Shown here: positions 13,101 through 25,452 of the stretch, piece after piece
How the letters are laid out: each line of letters opens with the position of its first letter
Numbering within the stretch: position 1 is the first letter of the stretch
NCBI GenBank assembly: GCA_043228905.1
Contig: JBHGNT010000061.1
Coordinates: forward strand, 89,505-153,504
From: Azolla caroliniana
Lineage: Eukaryota; Plantae; Polypodiophyta
Direction of reading: 5' to 3'
DNA: 64,000 nt
Made by a program: the position numbers and the translations under genes
Notes under the pieces: model-generated
Seen by the model: only the letters and a program-made list of their open reading frames with translations
The model's database searches: none
What the model was told of the DNA's origin: nothing

Positions 13101-16100
13101 GCAAACAATACAAGCTATGATATAAAATCAAAAAATCAAGATTTTGAAACTCAGGTCGAGAGACATGAAGAAATTGGCAAGTTAGAAGAGGGAGTTGAGA
13201 AGAGCGCGTGAGTAAATTAAAATGTTCATACCTGGCTCGTGTGATCCCAGATTTTTGTGTTCAAAGATGCGAATCGAAGCTAACAACCCTAGCTATGATA
13301 TAGAATTAAAAAATCAAGATTTTGAAACTCAGGTCGAGAGACATGAAGAAATTACCAAATTTGACGAGGGAGTTGAGAAGAGCGCGTGAGTAAATTAAAA
13401 TGTTCATACCTGGCTCGTGTGTTATCGGATTTCTATATTCAAACATGCGAATCGAAGCTAACAACACTACCTATGATATGGAATTAAAAATTCAAGATTT
13501 TGAAACTCAGGTCGAGAGACATGAAGAAATTACCAAATTTGAGGAGGGAGTTGAGAAGAGCGCGTGAGTAAATTAAAATGTTCATACCTGGCTCGTGTGA
13601 TATCGGATTTTAGTGTTCAAAGATTCGAATCGAAGCTAATAACGCTACCTATGATATGGAATTAAAAAATCGAGATTTTGAAACTCAGGTCGAGAGACAT
13701 GAAGAAATTACCAAATTTGAGGAGAGAGTTGAGAAGAGCGCGTGAGTAAATTAAAATGTTCATACCTGGCTCGTGTGATCCCGGATTTCTGTGTTCAAAG
13801 ATGTGAATCGAAGCTAACAACGCTACCTATAATATGGAATTAAGAAATCGAGATTTTGAAACTCAGGTCGAGAGACATGAAGAAATTGGCAAGTTAGAAG
13901 AGGGAGTTGAGAAGAGCGCGTGAGTAAATTAAAATGTTCATACCTGGCTCGTGTGATCCCAGATTTTTGTGTTCAAAGATGCGAATCGAAGCTAACAACC
14001 CTAGCTATGATATAGAATTAAAAAATCAAGATTTTGAAACTCAGGTCGAGAGACATGAAGAAATTACCAAATTTGACGAGGGAGTTGAGAAGAGCGCGTG
14101 AGTAAATTAAAATGTTCATACCTGGCTCGTGTGTTATCGGATTTCTATATTCAAACATGCGAATCGAAGCTAACAACGCTACCTATGATATAGAATTAAA
14201 AAATCAAGATTTTGAAACTCAGGTCGAGAGACATGAAGAAATTACCAAATTTGAGGAGAGAGTTGAGAAGAGCGCGTGAGTAAATTAAAATGTTCATACC
14301 TGGCTCGTGTGATCCCGGATTTCTGTGTTCAAAGATGTGAATCGAAGCTAACAACGCTACCTATAATATGGAATTAAGAAATCGAGATTTTGAAACTCAG
14401 GTCGAGAGACATGAAGAAATTGGCAAGTTAGAAGAGGGAGTTGAGAAGAGCGCGTGAGTAAATTAAAATGTTCATACCTGGCTCGTGTGATCCCAGATTT
14501 TTGTGTTCAAAAATGCGAATCGAAGCTAACAACCCTAGCTATGATATAGAATTAAAAAATCAAGATTTTGAAACTCAGGTCGAGAGACATGAAGAAATTA
14601 CCAAATTTGACGAGGGAGTTGAGAAGAGCGCGTGAGTAAATTAAAATGTTCATACCTGGCTCGTGTGTTATCGGATTTCTATATTCAAACATGCGAATCG
14701 AAGCTAACAACACTACCTATGATATGGAATTAAAAATTCAAGATTTTGAAACTCAGGTCGAGAGACATGAAGAAATTACCAAATTTGAGGAGGGAGTTGA
14801 GAAGAGCGCGTGAGTAAATTAAAATGTTCATACCTGGCTCGTGTGATATCGGATTTTAGTGTTCAAAGATGCGAATCGAAGCTAATAACGCTACCTATGA
14901 TATGGATTTAAAAAATCGAGATTTTGAAACTCAGGTCGAAAGACATGAAGAAATTACCAAATTTGAGGAGGGAGTTGAGAAGAGCGCGTGAGTAAATTAA
15001 AATGTTCATACCTGGCTCGTGTGATCCCGGATTTCTGTGTTCAAAGGTGTGAATCGAAGCTAACAACGCTACCTATAATATGGAATTAAGAAATCGAGAT
15101 TTTGAAACTCAGGTCGAGAGACATGAAGAAATTACCAAATTTGAAGAGGGAGTTGAGAAGAGCGCGTGAGTAAATTAAAATGCTCATACCTAGCTCGTGT
15201 GATCCCGGATTTTTGTGTTCAAAGATGCTAATCGAAGCTAACAATGCTAGCTATGATATAGAATTAAAAAATCAAGATTTTAAAACTCAGGTCGAGAGAC
15301 ATGAAGAAATTACCAAATTTGAGGAGGGAGTTGAAAAGAGCGCGTGAGTAAATTAAAATGTTCATACGTGGCTCGTGTGATCCCGGATTTTTGTGTTCAA
15401 AGATTCGAATCGAAGCAAACAATACTAGCTATGATATAGAATCAAAAAATCAAGATTTTGAAACTCAGGTCGAGAGACATGAAGAAACTGGCAAGTTAGA
15501 AGAGGGAGTTGAGAAGAGCGCGTGAGTAAATTAAAATGTTCATACCTGGCTCGTGTGATCCCAGATTTTTGTGTTCAAAGATGCGAATCGAAGCTAACAA
15601 CCCTAGCTATGATATAAAATTAAAAAATCAAGATTTTGAAACTCAGGTCGAGAGACATGAAGAAATTACCAAATTTGACGAGGGAGTTGAGAAGAGCGCG
15701 TGAGTAAATTAAAATGTTCATACCTGGCTCGTGTGATATCGGATTTCTATATTCAAACATGCGAATCGAAGCTAACAACGCTACCTATGATATGGAATTA
15801 AAAAATCAAGATTTTGAAACACAGGTCGAGAGACATGAAGAAATTACCAAATTTGAGGAGGGAGTTGAGAAGAGCGCGTGAGTAAATTAAAATGTTCATA
15901 CCTGGCTCGTGTGATATCGGATTTTAGTGTTCAAAGATGCGAATCGAAGCTAATAACGCTACCTATGATATGGAATTAAAAAATCGAGATTTTGAAACTC
16001 AGGTCGAGAGACATGAAGAAATTACCAAATTTGAAGAGGGAGTTGAGAAGAGCGCGTGAGTAAATTAAAATGCTCATACCTAGCTCGTGTGATCCCGGAT

Positions 16101-19100
16101 TTTTGTGTTCAAAGATGCTAATCGAAGCTAACAATGCTAGCTATGATATAGAATTAAAAAATCAAGATTTTAAAACTAAGGTCGAGAGACATGAAGAAAT
16201 TACCAAATTTGAGGAGGGAGTTGAAAAGAGCGCGTGAGTAAATTAAAATGTTCATACGTGGCTCGTGTGATCCCGGATTTTTGTGTTCAAAGATTCGAAT
16301 GGAAGCAAACAATACTAGCTATGATATAGAATCAAAAAATCAAGATTTTGAAACTCAGGTCGAGAGACATGAAGAAATTGGCAAGTTAGAAGAGGGAGTT
16401 GAGAAGAGCGCGTGAGTAAATTAAAATGTTCATACCTGGCTCGTGTGATCCCAGATTTTTGTGTTCAAAGATGCGAATCGAAGCTAACAACCCTAGCTAT
16501 GATATAGAATTAAAAAATCAAGATTTTGAAACTCAGGTCGAGAGACATGAAGAAATTACCAAATTTGACGAGGGAGTTGAGAAGAGCGCGTGAGTAAATT
16601 AAAATGTTCATACCTGGCTCGTGTGTTATCGGATTTCTATATTCAAACATGCGAATCGAAGCTAACAACGCTACCTATGATATGGAATTAAAAAATCAAG
16701 ATTTTGAAACTCAGGTCGAGAGACATGAAGAAATTACCAAATTTGAGGAGGGAGTTGAGAAGAGCGCGTGAGTAAATTAAAATGTTCATACCTGGCTCGT
16801 GTGATATCGGATTTTAGTGTTCAAAGATGCGAATCGAAGCTAATAACGCTACCTATGATATGGATTTAAAAAATCGACATTTTGAAACTCAGGTCGAGAG
16901 ACATGAAGAAATTACCAAATTTGAGGAGGGAGTTGAGAAGAGCGCGTGAGTAAATTAAAATGTTCATACCTGGCTCGTGTGATCCCGGATTTCTGTGTTC
17001 AAAGATGTGAATCGAAGCTAACACCGCTACCTATAATATGGAATTAAGAAATCGAGATTTTGAAACTCAGGTCGAGAGACATGAAGAAATTACCAAATTT
17101 GAAGAGGGAGTTGAGAAGAGCGCGTGAGTAAATTAAAATGCTCATACCTAGCTCGTGTGATCCCGGATTTTTGTGTTCAAAGATGCTAATCGAAGCTAAC
17201 AATGCTAGCTATGATATAGAATTAAAAAATCAAGATTTTAAAACTCAGGTCGAGAGACATGAAGAAATTACCAAATTTGAGGAGGGAGTTGAAAAGAGCG
17301 CGTGAGTAAATTAAAATGTTCATACGTGGCTCGTGTGATCCCGGATTTTTGTGTTCAAAGATTCGAATCGAAGCAAACAATACTAGCTATGATATAGAAT
17401 CAAAAAATCAAGATTTTGAAACTCAGGTCGAGAGACATGAAGAAATTGGCAAGTTAGAAGAGGGAGTTGAGAAGAGCGCGTGAGTAAATTAAAATGTTCA
17501 TACCTGGCTCGTGTGATCCCAGATTTTTGTGTTCAAAGATGCGAATCGAAGCTAACAACCCTAGCTATGATATAGAATTAAAAAATCAAGATTTTGAACT
17601 CAGGTCGAGAGACATGAAGAAATTACCAAATTTGACGAGGGAGTTGAGAAGAGCGCGTGAGTAAATTAAAATGTTCATACCTGGCTCGTGTGTTATCGGA
17701 TTTCTATATTTAAACATGCGAATCGAAGCTAACAACGCTACCTATGATATGGAATTAAAAAATCAAGATTTTGAAACTCAGGTCGAGAGACATGAAGAAA
17801 TTACCAAATTTGAGGAGGGAGTTGAGAAGATCGCGTGAGTAAATTAAAATGTTCATACCTGGCTCGTGTGATATCGGATTTTAGTGTTCAAAGATTCGAA
17901 TCGAAGCTAATAACGCTACCTATGATATGGAATTAAAAAATTGAGATTTTGAAACTCAGGTCGAGGGACATGAAGAAATTACCAAATTTGAGGAGGGAGT
18001 TGAGAAGAGCGCGTGAGTAAATTAAAATGTTCATACCTGGCTCGTGTGATCCCGGATTTCTGTGTTCAAAGATGTGAATCGATGCTAACAACGCTACCTA
18101 TAATATGGAATTAAGAAATCCAGATTTTGAAACTCAGGTCGAGAGACATGAAGAAATTACCAAATTTGAAGAGGGAGTTGAGAAGAGCGCGTGAGTAAAT
18201 TAAAATGCTCATACCTAGCTCGTGTGATCCCGGATTTTTGTGTTCAAAGATGCTAATCGAAGCTAACAATGCTAGCTATGATATAGAATTAAAAAATCAA
18301 GATTTTAAAACTCAGGTCGAGAGACATGAAGAAATTACCAAATTTGAGGAGGGAGTTGAAAAGAGCGCGTGAGTAAATTAAAATGTTCATACGTGGCTCG
18401 TGTGATCCCGGATTTTTGTGTTCAAAGATGCGAATCGAAGCAAACAATACTAGCTCTGATATAGAATCAAAAAATCAAGATTTTGAAACTCAGGTCGAGA
18501 GACATGAAGAAAATACCAAATTTGACGAGGGAGTTGAGAAGAGCGCGTGAGTAAATTAAAATGTTCATACCTGGCTCGTGTGATATCGGATTTCTATATT
18601 CAAACATGCGAATCGAAGCTAACAACGCTGCCTATGATATGGAATTAAAAAATCAAGATTTTGAAACTCAGGTCGAGAGACATCAAGAAATTACCAAATT
18701 TGAGGAGGGAGTTGAGAAGAGCGCGTGAGTAAATTAAAATGTTCATACCTGGCTCGTGTGATCCCGGATTTCTGTGTTCAAAGATGTGAATCGAAGCTAA
18801 CATTGCTACCTATAATATGGAATTAAGAAATCGAGATTTTGAAACTCAGGTCGAGAGACATGAAGAAATTACCAAATTTGACGAGGGAGTTGAGAAGAGC
18901 GCGTGAGTAAATTAAAATGCTCATACCTGGCTCGTGTGTTATCGGATTTCTATATTCAAACATGCGAATCGAAGCTAACAACGCTACCTATGATATGGAA
19001 TTAAAAAATCAAGATTTTGAAACTCAGGTCGAGAGACATGAAGAAATTACCAAATTTGAGGAGGGAGTTGAGAAGAGCGCGTGAGTAAATTAAAATGTTC

Positions 19101-20982
19101 ATACCTAGCTCGTGTGATATCGGATTTTAGTGTTCAAAGATGCGAATCGAAGCTAATAACGCTACCTATGATATGGAATTAAAAAATCGAGATTTTGAAA
19201 CTCAGGTCGAGAGACATGAAGAAATTACCAAATTTGAAGAGGGAGTTGAGAAGAGCGCGTGAGTAAATTAAAATGCTCATACCTAGCTCGTGTGATCCCG
19301 GATTTTTGTGTTCAAAGATGCTAATCGAAGCTAACAATGCTAGCTATGATATAGAATTAAAAAATCAAGATTTTAAAACTCAGGTCGAGAGACATGAAGA
19401 AATTACCAAATTTGAGGAGGGAGTTGAAAAGAGCGCGTGAGTAAATTAAAATGTTCATACGTGGCTCGTGTGATCCCGGATTTTTGTGTTCAAAGATTCG
19501 AATCGAAGCAAACAATACTAGCTATGATATAGAATCAAAAAATCAAGATTTTGAAACTCAGGTCGAGAGACATGAAGAAATTGGCAAGTTAGAAGAGGGA
19601 GTTGAGAAGAGCGCGTGAGTAAATTAAAATGTTCATACCTGGCTCGTGTGATCCCAGATTTTTGTGTTCAAAGATGCGAATCGAAGCTAACAACCCTAGC
19701 TATGATATAGAATTAAAAAATCAAGATTTTGAACTCAGGTCGAGAGACATGAAGAAATTACCAAATTTGACGAGGGAGTTGAGAAGAGCGCGTGAGTAAA
19801 TTAAAATGTTCATACCTGGCTCGTGTGTTATCGGATTTCTATATTTAAACATGCGAATCGAAGCTAACAACGCTACCTATGATATGGAATTAAAAAATCA
19901 AGATTTTGAAACTCAGGTCGAGAGACATGAAGAAATTACCAAATTTGAGGAGGGAGTTGAGAAGATCGCGTGAGTAAATTAAAATGTTCATACCTGGCTC
20001 GTGTGATATCGGATTTTAGTGTTCAAAGATTCGAATCGAAGCTAATAACGCTACCTATGATATGGAATTAAAAAATTGAGATTTTGAAACTCAGGTCGAG
20101 GGACATGAAGAAATTACCAAATTTGAGGAGGGAGTTGAGAAGAGCGCGTGAGTAAATTAAAATGTTCATACCTGGCTCGTGTGATCCCGGATTTCTGTGT
20201 TCAAAGATGTGAATCGATGCTAACAACGCTACCTATAATATGGAATTAAGAAATCCAGATTTTGAAACTCAGGTCGAGAGACATGAAGAAATTACCAAAT
20301 TTGAAGAGGGAGTTGAGAAGAGCGCGTGAGTAAATTAAAATGCTCATACCTAGCTCGTGTGATCCCGGATTTTTGTGTTCAAAGATGCTAATCGAAGCTA
20401 ACAATGCTAGCTATGATATAGAATTAAAAAATCAAGATTTTAAAACTCAGGTCGAGAGACATGAAGAAATTACCAAATTTGAGGAGGGAGTTGAAAAGAG
20501 CGCGTGAGTAAATTAAAATGTTCATACGTGGCTCGTGTGATCCCGGATTTTTGTGTTCAAAGATGCGAATCGAAGCAAACAATACTAGCTCTGATATAGA
20601 ATCAAAAAATCAAGATTTTGAAACTCAGGTCGAGAGACATGAAGAAAATACCAAATTTGACGAGGGAGTTGAGAAGAGCGCGTGAGTAAATTAAAATGTT
20701 CATACCTGGCTCGTGTGATATCGGATTTCTATATTCAAACATGCGAATCGAAGCTAACAACGCTGCCTATGATATGGAATTAAAAAATCAAGATTTTGAA
20801 ACTCAGGTCGAGAGACATCAAGAAATTACCAAATTTGAGGAGGGAGTTGAGAAGAGCGCGTGAGTAAATTAAAATGTTCATACCTGGCTCGTGTGATCCC
20901 GGATTTCTGTGTTCAAAGATGTGAATCGAAGCTAACATTGCTACCTATAATATGGAATTAAGAAATCGAGATTTTGAAACTC
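10150..20982 (+). repeat. Irregular 5/6-mer higher-order repeat domain
   Basis: The marker CATACGTGGC occurs at ~11091, 11981, 13049, 15363, 16253, 17321, 18388, 19456 and 20523 (spacings of 5, 6, 13, 5, 6, 6, 6, 6 monomers). It cycles with the markers CTATATTCAAAC, TTTTAGTG and ATGCTCATACCTAG. Confidence 0.85.
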
Positions 20983-23900
20983 AAGTGGAGACACATGAAG
21001 AAATTACCCAATTTGAAGAGGGAGTTGAGAAGAGCGCGTGAGTAAATTAAAATGCTCATACCTGGCTCGTGTGATATCGGATTTTTGTGTTCAAACATGC
21101 GATTCGAAGCTAACAATGCTACCGATGAGATGGAATTAAAAAACGAAGATTTTGAAACTCAGGTCGAGAGACATGAAGGAATTACCAAATTTGAGGAGGG
21201 AGTTGAGAAGAGCGCGTGAGTAAATTAAAATGTTCATACCTGGCTCGTGTGATCCCGGATTTTTGTGTTAAAACCTGCGAATGGAAGATAACAATGCTAG
21301 CTATGATATAGAATTAAAAAATCAAGATTTTGAAGCTCAGGTCAAGAGACATGAAGAAATTACCAAATTTGACGAGGGAGTTGAGAAGAGCGCGTGAGTA
21401 AATTAAAATGTTCATACCTGGCTCGTGTGATATCGGATTTTAGTGTTCAAAGATGCGAATCGAAGCTAACAGCACTAGCTATGATATAGAATCAAAAAAT
21501 CAAGATTTTGAAACTCAGGTCGAGGAACATGAAGAAATTACCAAATTTGACGAGGGAGTTGAGAAGAGCGCGTGAGTAAATGAAAATGTTCATACCTGGC
21601 TCGTGTGATCCCAGATTTTTGTGTTCAAATATGTGAATCCAAGCTAACAACACTAGCTATGATATAGAATTACAAAATCAAGATTTTGAAACTAAGGTCG
21701 AGAGACATGAAGAAATTACCAAATTTGACGAGGGAGTTGAGAAGAGCGCGTGAGTAAATTAAAATGTTCATACCTGGCTCGTGTGATATCGGATTTCTAT
21801 ATTCAAACATGCAAATCGAAGCTAGGAACGCTGCCTATGATATGGAATTAAAAAATCAAGATTTTGAAACTCAGGTCGAGAGACATGAAGAAATTGGCAA
21901 GTTAGAAGAGGGAGTTGAGAAGAGCGCGTGAGTAAATTAAAATGTTCATACCTGGCTCGTGTGATCCCGTATTTCTGTGTTCAAAGATGTGGATCGAAGC
22001 TAACAACACTACCTATAATATGGAATTAAGAAATCGAGATTTTGAAACTCAGGTCGAGAGACATGAAGAAATTACCAAATTTGAGGAGGGAGTTGAGAAG
22101 AGCGCGTGAGTAAATTAAAATGTTCATACCTGGCTCGTGTAATCCCGGATTTTTGTGTTAAAACATCCGAATGGAAGCTAACGATGCTAGCTATGATATA
22201 GAATTAAAAAATCAAGATTTTGAAGCGCAGGTCAAGAGACATGAAGAAATTACCAAATTTGACGAGGGAGTTGAAAAGAGCGCGTGAGTAAATTAAAATG
22301 TTCATACCTGGCTCGTGTGATATCGGATTTTAGTGTTCAAAGATGCGAATCGAAGCTAATAACGCTACCTATAATATGGAATTAAAAAATCGAGATTTTC
22401 AAACTCAGGTCGAGAGACATGAAGAAATTACCAAATTTGAAGAGGGAGTTGAGAAGAGCACGTGAGTAAATTAAAATGCTCATACCTGGCTCGTGTGATA
22501 TCGGATTTTTGTGTTCAAACATGCGATTCGAAGCTAACAATGTTACCTATGAGATGGAATTAAAAAACGAAGATTTTGAAACTCAGGTCGAGAGACATGA
22601 AGAAATTACCAAATTTGAGGAGGGAGTTGTGAAGAGCGCGTGAGTAAATTAAAATGTTCATACCTGGCTCGTGTGATCCCGGATTTTTGTGTTCAAACAT
22701 GCGATTCAAAGCTAACAATGCTAGCTATGAGATGGAATTAAAAAACGAAGATTTTGAAACTCAGGTCGAGAGACATGAAGACATTACCAAATTTGAGGAG
22801 GGAGTTAAGAAGAGCGCGTGAGTAAATTAAATAGTTCATACCTGGCTCGTGTGATCCCGGTATTTTGTGTTAAAACATGCGAATGGAAGCTAACAATGCT
22901 AGCTATGATATAGAATTAAAAAATCAAGATTTTGAAACTCAGGTAGAGAGACATGAAGAAATTACCAAATTTGACGAGGGAGTTGAGAAGAGCGCGTCAG
23001 TAAATTAAAATGTTCATACCTGGCTCGTGTTCTATCGGATTTCTATATTCAAACATGCGAATCGAAGCTAACAACGCTGCCTATGATATGGAATTAAAAA
23101 ATCAAGATTTTGAAACTCAAGTCGAGAGACATGAAGAAATTGGCAAGTTAGAAGAGGGAAGTGAGAAGAGCGCGTGAGTAAATTAAAATGTTCATACCTG
23201 GCTCGTGTTATCCCGGATTTCTGTGTTCAAAGATGTGAATCGAAGCTAACAACAGTACCTATAATATGGAATTAAGAAATCGAGATTTTGAAACTCAGGT
23301 CGAGAGACATGAAGAAATTACCAAATTTGAAGAGGGAGTTGAGAAGAGCGCGTGAGTAAATTACAATGCTCACACCTGGCTCGTGTGATATCGGATTTTT
23401 ATGTTCAAACACGCGATTCGAAGCTAACTATGCCACCCATGAGATGGAATTAAAAAACGAAGATTTTGAAACTCAGGTCGAGAGACATGAAGAAATTACC
23501 AAATTTGAGGAGGGAGTTGAGAAGAGCGCGTGAGTAAATTAAAATGTTCATACCTGGCTCGTGTGATCCCGGATTTTTATGTTCAAACATCCGAATGGAA
23601 GCTAACAATGCTAGCTATGATATAGAATTAAAAAATTAAGATTTTGAAGCTCAGGTCAAGAGACATGAAGAAATTACCAAATTTGACGAGGGAGTTGAAA
23701 AGAACGCGTGAGTAAATTAAAATGTTCATACCTGGCTCGTGTGATATCGGATTTTAGTGTTCAAAGATGCGAATCGAAGCTAATAACGCTACCTATAATA
23801 TGGAATTAAAAAATCGAGATTTTGAAACTCAGGTCGAGAGACATGAAGAAATTACCAAATTTGAAGAGGGAGTTGAGAAGAGCGCGTGAGTAAATTAAAA

Positions 23901-25093
23901 TGTTCATACCTGGTTCGTATAATATCGGATTTTTGTGTTCAAAATTGTGAATCGAAGCTAACAATGCTAGCTATGATATAGAATTAAAAAATCAAGATTT
24001 TGAAACTCAGGTCGAGAGACATGAAGAAATTACCAAATTTGAGGAGGGAGTTGAGAAGAGCGCGTGAGTAAATTAAAATGTTCATACCTGGCTCGTGTGA
24101 TATCGGATTTTTGTGTTCAAACATGCGAATCGAAGCTAACAACACTAGCTATGATATAGAATCAAAAAATCAAGATTCTGAAACTCAGGTCGAGTGACAT
24201 GAAGAAATTACCAAATTTGACGAGGGAGTTGAGAAGAGCGCGTGAGTAAATTAAAATGTTCATACCTGGCTCGTGTGATCCCGAATTTTTGTGTTCAAAG
24301 ATGCGAATCGAAACTAACAACACTAGCTATGATATAAAATGAAGAAATCGAGATTTTGAAACTCAGGTCGAGAGACATGAAGAAATTGGCAAGTTAGAAG
24401 AGGGAGTTGAGAAGAGCGCGTGAGTAAATTAAAATGTTCATACCTGGCTCGTGTGATCCCAGATTTTTGTGTTCAAACATGCGAATCGAAGCTAACAACA
24501 CTAGCTATGATATAGAATTAAAAAATCAAGATTTTGAAACTCAGGTCGAGAGACATGAAGAAATTACCAAATTTGACGAGGGAGTTGAGAAGAGCGCGTG
24601 AGTAAATTAAAATGTTCATACCTGGCTCGTGTTCTATCGGATTTCTATATTCAAACATGCGAATCGAAGCTAACAACGCTGCCTATGATATGGAATTAAA
24701 AAATCAAGATTTTGAAACTCAGGTCGAGAGACATGAAGAAATTGGCAAGTTAGAAGAGGGAGTTGAGAAGAGCGCGTGAGTAAATTAAAATGTTCATACC
24801 TGGCTCGTGTGATCCCGGATTTCTGTGTTCAAAGATGTGAATCGAAGCTAACAACGCTACCTATAATATGGAATTAAGAAATCGAGATTTTGAAACTCAG
24901 GTCGAGAGACATGAAGAAATTACCAAATTTGAAGAGGGAGTTGAGAAGAGCGCGTGAGTAAATTAAAATGCTCATACCTGGCTCGTGTGATATCGGATTT
25001 TTATGTTCAAACACGCGATTCGAAGCTAACTATGCCACCCATGAGATGGAATTAAAAAACGAAGATTTTGAAACTCAGGTCGAGAGACATGAA

Positions 25094-25452
25094 TGTGAAC
25101 TTGCTTCCACACTTGCCCGATAGCACACTCCTAGTGTGGTAGTCCGGTTAGCTTTCCTTGTCGTCGCCGTTACCAACCCCTCGTCCGAACGAGCGAGTAC
25201 GGACACCGGTCTATCTACGTTCATCGATGTAGCACACTCGGGAGCCACCACTCGTCCCGCAGTAGCCTCCGCGTGCTTAGTGTCTCGGCACTAGCGCGTT
25301 CTAGTTTAATGTGCACGTTCCCGCACACCCCTACGCGCACGTGCGAGTGCGCACATTTACCTATGTATGTATAAATGTTATGTTGCTCGACAAGTTCTCG
25401 CGCGAGGAGGAGGAGAACCCGCTACAGGTTGCGCCCAGATTGTCTAGTGACA
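25094..25452. other. Unassigned GC-rich non-satellite segment, possibly a remnant of a nested LTR
   Basis: Begins TGT at the satellite junction, contains TATAAAT near 25370, and ends GTGACA exactly where copia pol homology (IVAR...LYLM) begins. Confidence 0.35.

Larger units (their letters stand above)
1..25093 (+). repeat. 178-bp tandem satellite array, subfamily L (centromere-like), ~141 monomers
   Basis: The register TACCAAATTT/TGGCAAGTTA...GACATGAAGAAAT recurs every 178 bp (1, 179, ... 1247, 2493). Diagnostic words are GAGAAGAGCGCGTGAG and GACATGAAGAAAT. The array stops abruptly at ...GAGACATGAA (25093). Confidence 0.98.

Noticed and set aside
1-25093. CRISPR array or repeat-spacer system
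   Set aside because: The whole 178 bp is repeated, there are no unique spacers or cas genes, and the context is eukaryotic.
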